A DNA stretch of 64,000 nucleotides, taken from positions 8,603 through 72,602 of the forward strand of contig CAIOAO010000043.1 of NCBI GenBank assembly GCA_903855985.1. Reading direction: 5' to 3'. The position numbers and the translations under genes are program-made. Numbering within the stretch: the first letter of the stretch is position 1; every line of letters starts with the position of its first letter. The stretch is from an uncultured Opitutia bacterium. Its GTDB lineage: Bacteria; Verrucomicrobiota; Verrucomicrobiia; Opitutales; Opitutaceae. Positions 22,993-31,996 of the stretch are shown one piece after another. The notes below the pieces were generated by a model that saw only the letters and a program-made list of their open reading frames with translations, had not been told where the DNA came from and ran no database searches.

Positions 22993-24033
22993 TCAGGACG
23001 CCGTGCTGTGGCGCAGGGTCCACAGCTGCTTGGCCTGCTTGATGATCGCGGCCAGCACATCGGGCGTCACCGCCTGCTTCGGATCGTCACCGATGCCGTG
23101 GCTCGGGCTGACGTGCGACTCGATGCAGAGTCCGTCCGCGCCGTACGCCACGGCCGCGAGCGCGCAGGCGGGAACGTAGACGGCCTTGCCGACCGAGTGG
23201 GACGGATCGATTACGACCGGCGCCCAGGTCTTCTCCTTGAGCAGCGGCGTGATGCTTTCGTCGGGATGGTTGCGGTAGCCGTCGAGTGTCGGCGAGGTGC
23301 CGCGCGGACAGAGGATGACGTTCGGGTTGCCAAACGCCGCGATGTATTCCGCCGCCGAAATGAACTCCGCCAGCGACCCCATGTGGATGCTGCGCTTGAG
23401 CAGCACGCAGGTGTCCTTTTCCGCGATCGCCCGGCCGATGGACCGCAGCAGCGAGTAGTTGAGCGCATTGCGCGCGCCGACCTGCAGCGAGTGCACGCCC
23501 GCATCGAGGGCGAGCTTGATGTGGCTGTCCTCCATCACCTCGGTGTCCACCGGCAGGCCCGTGCGGCGCGAGGCCTCCATCAGGATATCCAGCGACTTCA
23601 CGTCGCCCTGGAACGCATAGGGATTCGTCCGCGGCTTCCACACGCCGCCGCGCAACACATGGGCGCCGGCTTCCTTCACCGCCGCGGCGGTCTCGTAGAA
23701 ATAGTTGGGGTTCTTCGGGTCAATCGTGCACGCGCCCGCGATGACCAGCAGTTCCTCGCCCAGCGTCACCCCGCCGAGTTGGAGGCGGTGGCTCGCGAGG
23801 TCAGACCGCTTGTCCATCAGCTTGAACGGCGACTGGATCCGGTCGATGCGGTCCACGTACGCTAGGCCCTCGAGCCGGTTGATCATCAGCTCGTCGCGCT
23901 CGTCGCCCACGATCGCGTAGATCGTCCGCACGGCCCCGATGATGGGTTGGATCTTGCAGCCGAACTCGCCGACGATCGCGGTGATTTCGGTCAGTTGCTC
24001 AGCGGTGAGACGGTTCGTTTTGGGGAGGATCAT
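22993..24033 (-). CDS. 3-deoxy-7-phosphoheptulonate (DAHP) synthase, type I-beta with N-terminal regulatory domain
   Basis: 346 aa. ...IAGACTIDPKNP...AGAHVLRGGVWKPRTNPYAFQG... has KDO8P/DAHP type I-beta architecture, preceded by a ~80 aa ferredoxin-like domain. Confidence 0.9.
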   Translation of the reverse strand: MILPKTNRLTAEQLTEITAIVGEFGCKIQPIIGAVRTIYAIVGDERDELMINRLEGLAYVDRIDRIQSPFKLMDKRSDLASHRLQLGGVTLGEELLVIAGACTIDPKNPNYFYETAAAVKEAGAHVLRGGVWKPRTNPYAFQGDVKSLDILMEASRRTGLPVDTEVMEDSHIKLALDAGVHSLQVGARNALNYSLLRSIGRAIAEKDTCVLLKRSIHMGSLAEFISAAEYIAAFGNPNVILCPRGTSPTLDGYRNHPDESITPLLKEKTWAPVVIDPSHSVGKAVYVPACALAAVAYGADGLCIESHVSPSHGIGDDPKQAVTPDVLAAIIKQAKQLWTLRHSTAS

Positions 24034-24053
24034 GACGGAGACGTTTCGAGGTT

Positions 24054-24084
24054 AACAAAAAAGCCGCCCGGGAGGGGGCGGCTT
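24054..24084 (-). terminator. intrinsic terminator about 20 nt upstream of the DAHP synthase ATG (candidate attenuator terminator)
   Basis: Reverse strand reads AAGCCGCCC-CCTCCC-GGGCGGCTT-TTTTGTT. Confidence 0.7.
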
Positions 24085-24106
24085 GTTTTGCGAAATTGGG
24101 GTGGAC

Positions 24107-24193
24107 TCAGTTTTCGCGACAGCCGCCGTGGTTTTTCCGGGTAAAATACCCCCGGAAAGCGAAGCTAAAGTAATAGGCGCTGAAGCAGTTCAC
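24107..24193 (-). CDS. candidate leader peptide, Phe/Tyr-rich (28 codons)
   Basis: My translation from GTG at 24193 is (M)NCFSAYYFSFAFRGYFTRKNHGGCREN-stop. Eight of fourteen consecutive codons are Phe or Tyr. An alternative TTG start lies at 24229. Confidence 0.55.
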   Translation of the reverse strand: MNCFSAYYFSFAFRGYFTRKNHGGCREN

Positions 24194-24243
24194 GGCCGAA
24201 GCAGTGCCTGCGGGCCCAGTTCTTGTCAATCCTGCGGCCCACC

Positions 24244-25008
24244 CTACAGCACCGCCGTGAATTCCGCCGGCAGCGGCGCCGACGCAGCAAAGCGGTACGG
24301 CTTGCCGTTGAACTCATACTCAAACGCCGTCTCGAACGAATGGAGGAACATCCGCTTCGTCTTCACCGCCTTCGCGTACTCCCGGTTGCGCGGAAAGTTT
24401 CCGTAGGTCTGGTCGCCCACGATCGGCATGCCGCGCTTGGCGCACTGGGCGCGAAGCTGGTGGCTCCGGCCGGTGTGCGGTTCGAGGCGCAGGAGCGACA
24501 CCCGCGGCTCGCCCCGGCCCGTGCGGACCAGGCTCATCTTGCACTCGGCCGGCACCCGTCCTGTGCCCAGCGCGGCGCGGACCTGCCCGCCCTTCTTCAC
24601 CACAGCCAGGGTGTCCTTCCACAATTCGACCGGCGGACGCGGCGTGCCAAACACCAGCGCCTGGTAAACTTTTTTCACCTGCTTCCGCTTGAACTGCGCC
24701 CGGATCTCCTGCGCCAGCTTCTCGTCCGCGGCGGCAAGCACCACGCCCGAGGTGGCGGAGTCGAGCCGGTTGAGCAGCCAGAGTTTCAGCAGGGGCCCAC
24801 CCTTCACCGGCGTCCATTGGAAAAACTCTCCTTCCAGCATGTAGCGCACGGTCAGGAGCGAGCGGGGCTCATCCCCGCCGGCGTTGGGATGCGAGAGCAC
24901 GCCCGCGGGCTTGTCGAACGCCACCAGCCCGTTGGCATCCTGCGCAATCAATGTCACTCCGCGGCCGAGCGGCAATTCCGCCCAGAAGCTCTCCGACACC
25001 GCGCTCAC
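24244..25008 (-). CDS. RluA-family pseudouridine synthase
   Basis: NRLDSATSGVVLAA and HTGRSHQLRAQCA motifs. The GTG at 25008 overlaps the upstream stop as GTGA. Confidence 0.8.
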   Translation of the reverse strand: MSAVSESFWAELPLGRGVTLIAQDANGLVAFDKPAGVLSHPNAGGDEPRSLLTVRYMLEGEFFQWTPVKGGPLLKLWLLNRLDSATSGVVLAAADEKLAQEIRAQFKRKQVKKVYQALVFGTPRPPVELWKDTLAVVKKGGQVRAALGTGRVPAECKMSLVRTGRGEPRVSLLRLEPHTGRSHQLRAQCAKRGMPIVGDQTYGNFPRNREYAKAVKTKRMFLHSFETAFEYEFNGKPYRFAASAPLPAEFTAVL

Positions 25009-26117
25009 CGGTAGAAAAACTCGTAGGTCAGCTCCTGCTCCTTGCCGAGCATCGCCTTCATGTCGTCCGTCCACGGACCGTAGGGTGACGGGATCGTGAT
25101 GGCGCTGGTGCAGAGGCGGGCCGCGGCGTCGGTGGCCTTGTTCTCGACGCTGATGATGCGGGCGATCTGGCCCTCCTCGTTGAGGATGAACTTCACGATG
25201 ACGATGCTGCCGGACGGCGGATAGATCCGGCTCTCGTCGTTCAGCCGGTCGAACTGCACCTGCACGATCTCCACCATCTTCTGGAGGTACGCGCCATAAT
25301 TGCTGAACTCCGCGCTGACGCCGATGAGGCCGGTATTCTGCGTGCCGACCTTGTTTTCAGCAAAAATCGCGGGGCGGGCCTGGATCGACTTCACGATCTG
25401 CGGCCGGGCGCGCGGATGATGCGGGTCAATGGAGGGCTGCAGGTCCGTGGCACCCTCGATGAGCGGCACGTTTTTCAGGCCGTCGATCTTGTTGGGGACG
25501 TCCTTGGGCGCATCGGACGGACTCGCGATATTGGTACCGTAGCCGCCGTCCGCGGCGCCGATTTTCTTCTCGAAGCCGCTCAAGGGGGTCTGCTCCTGCC
25601 GGGGGGCGGTCAACTTGGACTCGGTCGGCGACACGGGGCTCGGCGGGACCGGGGTCTGTTCCACCGGCTTCTGGAGCTGACCTGAAACGATCTGCGTGGA
25701 ATGGAGATCCTTCTCCCCTTCCATCGCCGGCCGGTCGCTCTTGCCGTTGGGCGTGGGTTTCTCCTGCGCGACCTGCTGGTTGCGGGAGGCGAAATTGTTG
25801 GTCTTGTCCGGCACATCCTCCGGCTTGTCGGGGTTGGTCTCGACAAACTGCTTGGGCATCCGCGGCTTCGCCGGCGGTTTGTACATCTCCGGCGCGAGCT
25901 GGATGCTGAACTGACGCGGTCGCGCGTGCGGGCGGACCAGCGCCGGCGTCGGATCGTTGCGCAGCAGGACCGGACCGATGAACATCAGCAGCAGGTGGAC
26001 GAGGATCGTGCCCACGATGCCAATCAGGATGGAGCGCGACTCCGGTTCCTCCCACATGCGCGCGAGGGCGCGCCGCACGGTGTGCGAAAGAGGAGGTGTG
26101 ACAATGGTTTGGCTCAT
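25005..26117 (-). CDS. TonB-like membrane-anchored protein (N-terminal TM, Pro-rich linker, TonB_C-like end)
   Basis: ORF 25005..26162 with ATG at 26117 (MSQTIV...). Architecture only; no specific family recognised. Confidence 0.55.
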   Translation of the reverse strand: MSQTIVTPPLSHTVRRALARMWEEPESRSILIGIVGTILVHLLLMFIGPVLLRNDPTPALVRPHARPRQFSIQLAPEMYKPPAKPRMPKQFVETNPDKPEDVPDKTNNFASRNQQVAQEKPTPNGKSDRPAMEGEKDLHSTQIVSGQLQKPVEQTPVPPSPVSPTESKLTAPRQEQTPLSGFEKKIGAADGGYGTNIASPSDAPKDVPNKIDGLKNVPLIEGATDLQPSIDPHHPRARPQIVKSIQARPAIFAENKVGTQNTGLIGVSAEFSNYGAYLQKMVEIVQVQFDRLNDESRIYPPSGSIVIVKFILNEEGQIARIISVENKATDAAARLCTSAITIPSPYGPWTDDMKAMLGKEQELTYEFFYR

Positions 26118-26143
26118 GGATGCGCCCGCTGGACAGGGCTCAG

Positions 26144-26719
26144 TCAGCCCACCAGACCCCAACTCGTCAAAATTTGTTTCGTCGCTTCCATCGGCAGGCC
26201 CATAATATTCGTAAACGACCCCTCCCAGCCGGCGATAATCAGCTCCCGGCCCTCCTGAATCCCGTAGGCACCCGCCTTGTCGAGGGGATTCACGACCTTG
26301 AAATAGGCGTCAATGGTGGCGTCATCCAGCGGCCGGAAGGTCACCTCGCTCGTGACGCCCTCATCCACCCTGATTCCGTCCCGCTGGCGGCGCAGCGCCA
26401 CCCCGGTGAACACCGTATGCGTCCGTCCGGCCAGCCGCTTGAGCATGGCCCGCGCCTCAACCAGGTCGCGGGGCTTGTTCAGGACCGTCTGGTCAATGAA
26501 CACCGTCGTGTCCGCACCGAGCACAAACGCCTCCGGGTGGCGCGCCGCGACCCAGTCGGCCTTCAGTGCGGCGTTGTGCGTGACCATTTTCCGCGGCTCG
26601 GTGGTTGGATCCTCGTGTTCGGTGACGTCCGCCACCACGACCTCAAACTGCACGCCCAACTGGGCCAGCAATTCGCGGCGTCGCGGCGAGGCCGAAGCGA
26701 GGATCAGGGGGTGAGCCAT
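26144..26719 (-). CDS. maf: Maf-like nucleoside triphosphate pyrophosphatase
   Basis: MAHPLILASASPRRRELLAQLGV ... GAYGIQ. Confidence 0.85.
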   Translation of the reverse strand: MAHPLILASASPRRRELLAQLGVQFEVVVADVTEHEDPTTEPRKMVTHNAALKADWVAARHPEAFVLGADTTVFIDQTVLNKPRDLVEARAMLKRLAGRTHTVFTGVALRRQRDGIRVDEGVTSEVTFRPLDDATIDAYFKVVNPLDKAGAYGIQEGRELIIAGWEGSFTNIMGLPMEATKQILTSWGLVG

Positions 26720-26890
26720 GGAGCCCGCGAGCAATGCCGCCCGCCCGCGCAGTGCGCAAGCCCCTGATTGTCACCACGAGGAGTCCCGCGGAGCGGGCGA
26801 TGCGACGATCCATCCGGTTCTTTGGGCTCATCCCGCTTGCGAGTTGTCAGCCGAGGGAAACGCGTCCACGTTGCCCGCTCCTTTTCCACC

Positions 26891-28540
26891 ATGCGTCTCG
26901 GCCTAGCCCAGCTTAACCCGATCGTTGGCGACCTCGCCGGCAACCGCCGTCGTATTCTGGAAGCTTACGCGTCACTCGTCGCGCAAGGGGCCGAGCTCGT
27001 GGTCTTTCCCGAACTCGCTGTCTGCGGCTATCCGCCGCGCGACCTGCTCTTCAAGCGCCGCTTCGTGCCCGACATCGTTGAGTCCCTCGCCCAGATTGCC
27101 GCCGCCGTCGGCGACGTCCCGGCGCTGATCGGCACCGTCGAGCTCAACCCGACCGGCCAGGGCCGCCCGTTCTACAATTCCGCCGCCTTCTGCCACCGCG
27201 GCAAGGTCACCGCCACCGCCCGCAAGTGCCTCCTGCCGACCTACGATGTCTTTGACGAGGACCGCTACTTCGAGCCCGCCACCGCGCCCACCGTCGTCGT
27301 TCACAACGGCGTGCGGATCGGCATCACCATTTGCGAGGACATCTGGACGCACCCGATGATCAGCACCCGCCGGCTTTACAGCGGCCAGATGCCGCTCGAG
27401 CAGCTCACCACGCAGAAATGCGACCTGATGCTGAACGTCTCGGCGAGCCCGTGGCACCACGACAAGGAAAACCTCCGCCAGAAGCTCGTGATCGACGCCG
27501 CCAAATCGCTCGGCTGCCCGGTCGCCTACGTCAACACGGTCGGCGGCAACGACGAACTCATCTTCGACGGCCGCAGCCATGTCTGCGACGCCACCGGCAA
27601 GCTCCTCGCCGGCCTGGCCTCGTTCGCCGAGGAACTGCGCGTCGTGGACACCGCTGCTGCACCCAAGGCCGGCGCCTTCGTGCCCAGTTTCGACCAGGCC
27701 GAAATGCCCGACATGTACGCCGCCCTCGTCCTCGGCCTGCGCGATTATGCGCACAAGAGCGGTTTCCAACGCGCCTTGGTCGCGCTTTCCGGTGGCATCG
27801 ACTCGGCGCTCGTCGCCGTCATCGCGGCCGACGCCCTCGGGCAGGAAAACATTGTCGGCGTCTCCCTGCCCTCGACGATTTCCTCGCAGCACTCCCGCGA
27901 CGACGCCCGCATTCTCGCGGAGAATCTCGGCATCCGCTTCGAAACGATCACCATCGCCGACGCCGTCGCCGCCACGGAACACTCCCTCGGCCCGCTCTTC
28001 ACCGGCCGCCCCCGCGATGTCGCCGAGGAGAACATCCAGGCCCGCATCCGCGGCGTCCTCATGATGGCGCTCTCGAACAAGTTCGGCTCCCTGCTCCTCA
28101 CGACCGGCAACAAGAGCGAGGTAGCCGTCGGCTATTGCACGCTTTACGGCGACATGTGCGGCGGCCTTGCGGTCATTTCCGACGTCTTCAAGACGCAGGT
28201 CTACGCCCTCTCCCGCTGGATCAACCGGGAAAAGGAAATCATCCCCCGGAACACGATCGACAAGGCCCCCAGCGCCGAGCTGCGCCCCGGCCAGACCGAT
28301 CAGGACAGCCTTCCGCCCTACGACATGCTCGACGCCCTCCTCCACGGCTACGTCGAGGAAGGCCTCTCCCGCCGCGACCTCGTCGCCCAGGGCTTCCCCG
28401 AGGCCGTCGTCAGCGACGTCGTCCGCAAGGTGGACCTCAATGAATACAAGCGGAAGCAGGCCGCCCCCGGCCTGAAGATCACTCCCCTCGCCTTCGGCGT
28501 CGGCCGGCGGATTCCGATTGTGCAGAAATACGTGGGGTAA
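26891..28540 (+). CDS. nadE: glutamine-dependent NAD+ synthetase
   Basis: ATG at 26891 ([15 protein letters not shown]). N-terminal nitrilase/CN-hydrolase domain plus a synthetase domain with [10 protein letters not shown]. Confidence 0.9.
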   Translation: MRLGLAQLNPIVGDLAGNRRRILEAYASLVAQGAELVVFPELAVCGYPPRDLLFKRRFVPDIVESLAQIAAAVGDVPALIGTVELNPTGQGRPFYNSAAFCHRGKVTATARKCLLPTYDVFDEDRYFEPATAPTVVVHNGVRIGITICEDIWTHPMISTRRLYSGQMPLEQLTTQKCDLMLNVSASPWHHDKENLRQKLVIDAAKSLGCPVAYVNTVGGNDELIFDGRSHVCDATGKLLAGLASFAEELRVVDTAAAPKAGAFVPSFDQAEMPDMYAALVLGLRDYAHKSGFQRALVALSGGIDSALVAVIAADALGQENIVGVSLPSTISSQHSRDDARILAENLGIRFETITIADAVAATEHSLGPLFTGRPRDVAEENIQARIRGVLMMALSNKFGSLLLTTGNKSEVAVGYCTLYGDMCGGLAVISDVFKTQVYALSRWINREKEIIPRNTIDKAPSAELRPGQTDQDSLPPYDMLDALLHGYVEEGLSRRDLVAQGFPEAVVSDVVRKVDLNEYKRKQAAPGLKITPLAFGVGRRIPIVQKYVG

Positions 28541-28542
28541 GC

Positions 28543-28866
28543 ATGACAATCGCCGCACGCCTGCACAAAGCTGGGGACGGCAAGTGGTGGTATGCGCCCC
28601 TGACCTTGGTCAGCTATTGCCTCATGGGTACCCTATGCTTCTGGGAAACGGCGGTGGGAATTTACGAAGGGCGTGTCAGTTATCTATTCGGACTTACCCG
28701 CTTATTTGGCCGCGACTTTAAATCCATTGTGTTCTCCCAACAGCCCATCTCATTCACTTTGTTCTCCATACTGGGTGTAGTGACTGGTATCTTCGTCTAC
28801 TGGCTTGGTTGGCAAAAGTTTGCCAGCCGTCGCCGTCGTCATTCCGTAAATGCAAAACGTCTCTGA
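28543..28866 (+). CDS. hypothetical small membrane protein, visibly lower GC than its neighbours
   Basis: 107 aa with 2-3 TM segments. Starts 3 nt after the nadE stop and overlaps the hemL start by 17 nt. Confidence 0.5.
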   Translation: MTIAARLHKAGDGKWWYAPLTLVSYCLMGTLCFWETAVGIYEGRVSYLFGLTRLFGRDFKSIVFSQQPISFTLFSILGVVTGIFVYWLGWQKFASRRRRHSVNAKRL

Positions 28867-30130
28867 TTCGCTTTTCGCCCGCGCTCTCCAGCTCATCCCT
28901 GGTGGTGTGAATTCCCCCGTTCGCGCCTTCCGCTCCGTCGGCGGCGCGCCGTTCTTCGTGAAGAAGGCCCAGGGCGCCACGCTCACGACGGCGGATGATC
29001 GCGAGCTGATCGATTTTGTCTGCACCTGGGGTCCGGCGATCCACGGACACAACCATCCCAGGATCAAAGCCGCCATCGCCACGGCGTTGGAGAACGGCAC
29101 GTCCTTCGGCACGCCGAATCCGTACGAAGTCGAGATGGCCGAGCTCATCGTGAAGTTCGTGCCCTCGATCCAGAAGGTCCGCATGTGCAACAGCGGCACG
29201 GAGGCCACGATGTCCGCCATCCGGCTCGCGCGTGGCTTCACCAAGCGCGACAAGATCATCAAGTTTGCCGGCTGCTACCACGGTCACTCCGACTCGCTCC
29301 TCATCAAGGCCGGTTCTGGCGCCCTCACGCACGGCAATCCCGACAGCGCCGGCGTGCCCGCCTCCTTCGCCCGCGAGACCGTCGTACTGCCCTACAACGA
29401 CACCGCCGCGCTCGATGCCGGCTTCGCCGCCAATCCCGGCCAGATTGCCTGCGTCATCCTCGAAGCGTACTGCGGCAACGTCGGCTTTATCATGCCCGAC
29501 CCGGGCTACCTCGCCCACGTCCGCGCCGCCTGCACGAAGCACGGCGCGCTGCTCATCTTTGACGAGGTCATGACCGGCTTCCGCATCGCCAAGGGTGGCG
29601 TGCAGGAACGCGAAAAGATCACCCCCGACCTTACCTGCCTCGGCAAGATCATCGGCGGCGGCCTGCCCGTCGGCGCCTTCGGTGGACGCGCCGAGATCAT
29701 GGACTACCTCGCTCCGCTCGGCCCGGTCTACCAGGCCGGCACGCTCAGCGGCAACCCGCTCGCCATGGCTGCCGGCATCGCCGGCCTCAAGCTCCTCGAG
29801 GAACTCAACCCCTACGCGCGCCTCGACATGCTCGGCCGCCAGCTCCGCGACGCCGTCCTGACCGCGGCCAAGGCCAAGGGTATCCCCGTCCAGGTTCCGC
29901 AATGCGGGTCGATGTTCAGCATCTTTTTCACCCCGACGCCTGTCCGCGACCTGACCACCGCCATGCAGGGCGACGCGAAGGTTTTTAATCGATTCTTCCA
30001 CGCCTGCCTCGACGGCGGCGTTTACCTTGCTCCCAGCGCCTACGAGGCCGGCTTCATCAGCACCGCCCATGAAGGCGCCGCCATCGACCGCGCCTGCGAG
30101 GTGTTCACGGCCTCGATCAAAGGATTGTAG
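28850..30130 (+). CDS. hemL: glutamate-1-semialdehyde 2,1-aminomutase
   Basis: [13 protein letters not shown]..., and the PLP lysine region LGKIIGGG. Confidence 0.95.
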   Translation: MQNVSDSLFARALQLIPGGVNSPVRAFRSVGGAPFFVKKAQGATLTTADDRELIDFVCTWGPAIHGHNHPRIKAAIATALENGTSFGTPNPYEVEMAELIVKFVPSIQKVRMCNSGTEATMSAIRLARGFTKRDKIIKFAGCYHGHSDSLLIKAGSGALTHGNPDSAGVPASFARETVVLPYNDTAALDAGFAANPGQIACVILEAYCGNVGFIMPDPGYLAHVRAACTKHGALLIFDEVMTGFRIAKGGVQEREKITPDLTCLGKIIGGGLPVGAFGGRAEIMDYLAPLGPVYQAGTLSGNPLAMAAGIAGLKLLEELNPYARLDMLGRQLRDAVLTAAKAKGIPVQVPQCGSMFSIFFTPTPVRDLTTAMQGDAKVFNRFFHACLDGGVYLAPSAYEAGFISTAHEGAAIDRACEVFTASIKGL

Positions 30131-30191
30131 TTGAGTCGGTGCTCTCGCCGCTCGTCGCCCTGGCGGCAAAGCATCCCTGCATCTCGGGGAA

Positions 30192-30210
30192 TGTAACCCA
30201 ATGGGTTACA
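30192..30210. repeat. 19-bp palindrome TGTAACCCAATGGGTTACA (REP-like family, copy 1)
   Basis: Read directly: 9-bp arms around a single central base. Confidence 0.85.
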
Positions 30211-30261
30211 CTTTGCCGGAAACGGATATAGGGTCCGACGGCTGCCGCAACTCCACGCGCG

Positions 30262-30280
30262 TGTAACCTATTGGGTTACA
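30262..30280. repeat. 19-bp palindrome TGTAACCTATTGGGTTACA (copy 2, inverted relative to copy 1)
   Basis: Its reverse complement TGTAACCCAATAGGTTACA differs from copy 1 at one base. It lies 70 bp from copy 1. Confidence 0.85.
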
Positions 30281-30322
30281 CTGGCTCGAATGCGTTTGGA
30301 CGGGGCGCACTGTGTTCGGAAA

Positions 30323-31276
30323 TCACGCCCGCGGATGCGCGCGGGCGTGGATTTCCTTCAGGCGCGCCACGCTGACATGCGTGTACACCTGCGTGGTCAC
30401 CAGCTGCGCGTGGCCGAGTAATTCCTGCACGAGTCGCAGATCGGCGCCGGCATTCAGCAGGTGCGTCGCATACGAATGCCGCAGCTTGTGCGGCGTCAGG
30501 TCCATCGGCAGCTCTGCCAGCGCCAGGTAGCGCTTCAGCATCAACTGGACCTGTCGCACAGGCAGCCGGTGATGCCGGGTGTCAATCACCACGGCAGAAC
30601 TCGGCCGCACCTCACCCGCAAACTCCGTCTTGAACCGCGTGAGCAGTGCCGTGGCCACTTTGCCGAGCGGACACAGCCGTTCCTTGCGTCCCTTGCCGAG
30701 GACACGCGCCACGCCGGAGTCGAAGTCGATCGCCCCGTAATTCAGGCCCACGAGCTCGCTCACGCGGAGCCCGCCGCCGTAGAGCAGCTCCATCACCAGC
30801 CGGTCGCGGCAGGCGGTGAACGGATCGATGCTCCCGTTCGCCAGCAGGCGCTGGGGTCCGCCCAGCAGCTTCACCATCTGCTCCTCCGTGAGAAACTTCG
30901 GCAGGCGCCGCTCGAGCTTGGGCAGCGGTACGCCGGTGAAGGGATTGCGTTTCACCTTTTCCCGCGAGAGCCAGAATTTGAAAAACGCCCGCAGCCCCGA
31001 TACGTGGTTGTGCAGCGTCCGCCGGCCAAACCGCCGCTGCGCCTCGATCACAAAGTCGCGCACCTCCCGCGGACCCAGCCCGTCAAACTCCATCGCCGCC
31101 CCGCCCGCCTGGGTGCGCCAGCGGTAAAAATCCTCAAACGCCTGCCGGTAGTTGCGCAGCGTGTAGGGCGAATAGCGCCGTTCCTTCGCGAGGTAGTCCG
31201 CGAACGGCAGCCACCACTCGGCCACCACGTCCGGCGGCAGCTCAGGCGGTGGTCGGCTGGAGGCGGGCTTCGACAT
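30323..31276 (-). CDS. tyrosine recombinase XerC/XerD family
   Basis: ATG at 31276 (MSKPASS...). N-terminal SAM-like domain (YLAKERRYSPYTLRNYRQAFEDF). Catalytic LRHSYATHLL and VYTHV. Confidence 0.85.
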   Translation of the reverse strand: MSKPASSRPPPELPPDVVAEWWLPFADYLAKERRYSPYTLRNYRQAFEDFYRWRTQAGGAAMEFDGLGPREVRDFVIEAQRRFGRRTLHNHVSGLRAFFKFWLSREKVKRNPFTGVPLPKLERRLPKFLTEEQMVKLLGGPQRLLANGSIDPFTACRDRLVMELLYGGGLRVSELVGLNYGAIDFDSGVARVLGKGRKERLCPLGKVATALLTRFKTEFAGEVRPSSAVVIDTRHHRLPVRQVQLMLKRYLALAELPMDLTPHKLRHSYATHLLNAGADLRLVQELLGHAQLVTTQVYTHVSVARLKEIHARAHPRA

Positions 31277-31910
31277 CGCGCATGACCTTGTTCGCGTGCT
31301 TGCGCAGCGCGTCCTCGGGATCGAGTCCCTTCGCCTGCGCCGCCGCCGTGAGCTCAAACAGCATCCGGCCGAGCTGCTCCTCCGTGAGATGCGGGCTGAG
31401 CGCGGTCACCTGGGCGGAGTCCACCGACTGGTCCACCGGCAACTTTTTCTTCGCGATCTGCTTCCACACGGCCTCGGCGTACATCAGCGCCGGCAGCCGG
31501 GGCGGCAGGTTCTTGAACACGGACGACGGCTTGGGCCCGTGTTTCTTCTCCGTGGCCTTGATCACATCCCACTGGACGAGCACCTGCTCCGAAGTCTGCA
31601 GCTTGTCGGCGCCGAACACATGCGGGTGCCGCCGCACGAGCTTCTCGTTAATATCGCGGGCAACATCGTCGAAGTTGAACAGCCCGGCCTCCTGCGCCAG
31701 CTGGGCGTGAAACACCACCTGGATGAGCACGTCGCCCAGCTCCTCGCGCATGTGTGGCAGGTCGTTGCGGTCAATCGTGTCGATCAGCTCGCTCACTTCG
31801 TCAATCAGGCAGCGCACCAGCGAGGCGTGGGTCTGCTCCTGGTCCCACGGACACCCGTCGGGCGCCCGCAGCCGGGCCATGGTCTGGCGAAGATCGTCAA
31901 TCGCGCTCAT
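31242..31910 (-). CDS. mazG: MazG nucleoside triphosphate pyrophosphohydrolase
   Basis: ATG at 31910 (MSAIDDLRQTMARLRAPDGCPWDQEQTH), and EELGDVLIQVVFHAQLA. Confidence 0.85.
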   Translation of the reverse strand: MSAIDDLRQTMARLRAPDGCPWDQEQTHASLVRCLIDEVSELIDTIDRNDLPHMREELGDVLIQVVFHAQLAQEAGLFNFDDVARDINEKLVRRHPHVFGADKLQTSEQVLVQWDVIKATEKKHGPKPSSVFKNLPPRLPALMYAEAVWKQIAKKKLPVDQSVDSAQVTALSPHLTEEQLGRMLFELTAAAQAKGLDPEDALRKHANKVMRDVEARLQPTTA

Positions 31911-31926
31911 GGACGGAAGTTGCCCG

Positions 31927-31988
31927 CGGAACACCCGGAATACACGGAAATTTTTCGGCTTTGTCTTCCGTGTGTTCCGGGTGTTCCG
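31927..31988. repeat. inverted repeat with 23-bp arms (1 mismatch) and 16-nt spacer; arms are three CGGAA / TTCCG units with 9-bp period
   Basis: CGGAA at 31927, 31936, 31945 and TTCCG at 31966, 31975, 31984. It fills the mazG-trpC divergent gap. Confidence 0.9.
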
Positions 31989-31996
31989 TGGGCCTG

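Noticed and set aside
24054-24084. The hairpin upstream of the DAHP synthase gene, considered simply as the terminator of the upstream rluA transcription unit.
   Set aside because: Not fully rejected. It is judged less likely as the sole role because it sits about 20 nt from the aroF ATG with no room for a promoter, and is preceded by the Phe/Tyr-rich uORF and a complementary antiterminator segment.
30201-30269. 22-codon ORF (MGYTLPETDIGSDGCRNSTRV) running from the first palindrome to the second.
   Set aside because: Its ATG and TAA are by-products of the palindrome sequence itself (..CAATGGG.., ..GTGTAACC..). There is no coding signal.
30192-30280. TGTAACC..GGTTACA palindromes considered as a dif recombination site, because a Xer recombinase gene is adjacent.
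   Set aside because: There are three copies within 10 kb (dif is single-copy). The 9+1+9 layout differs from the 11-6-11 dif layout, and there is no resemblance to the conserved XerD arm (TTATGTTAAAT) of canonical dif.
31966-31988. TGTTC-CGGG-TGTTC inside the mazG/trpC element, considered as a LexA box of the TGTTC-N4-GAACA type.
   Set aside because: The half-sites are direct, not inverted. The matching GAACA lies about 40 bp away in the other arm. Neighbouring genes are not SOS genes.
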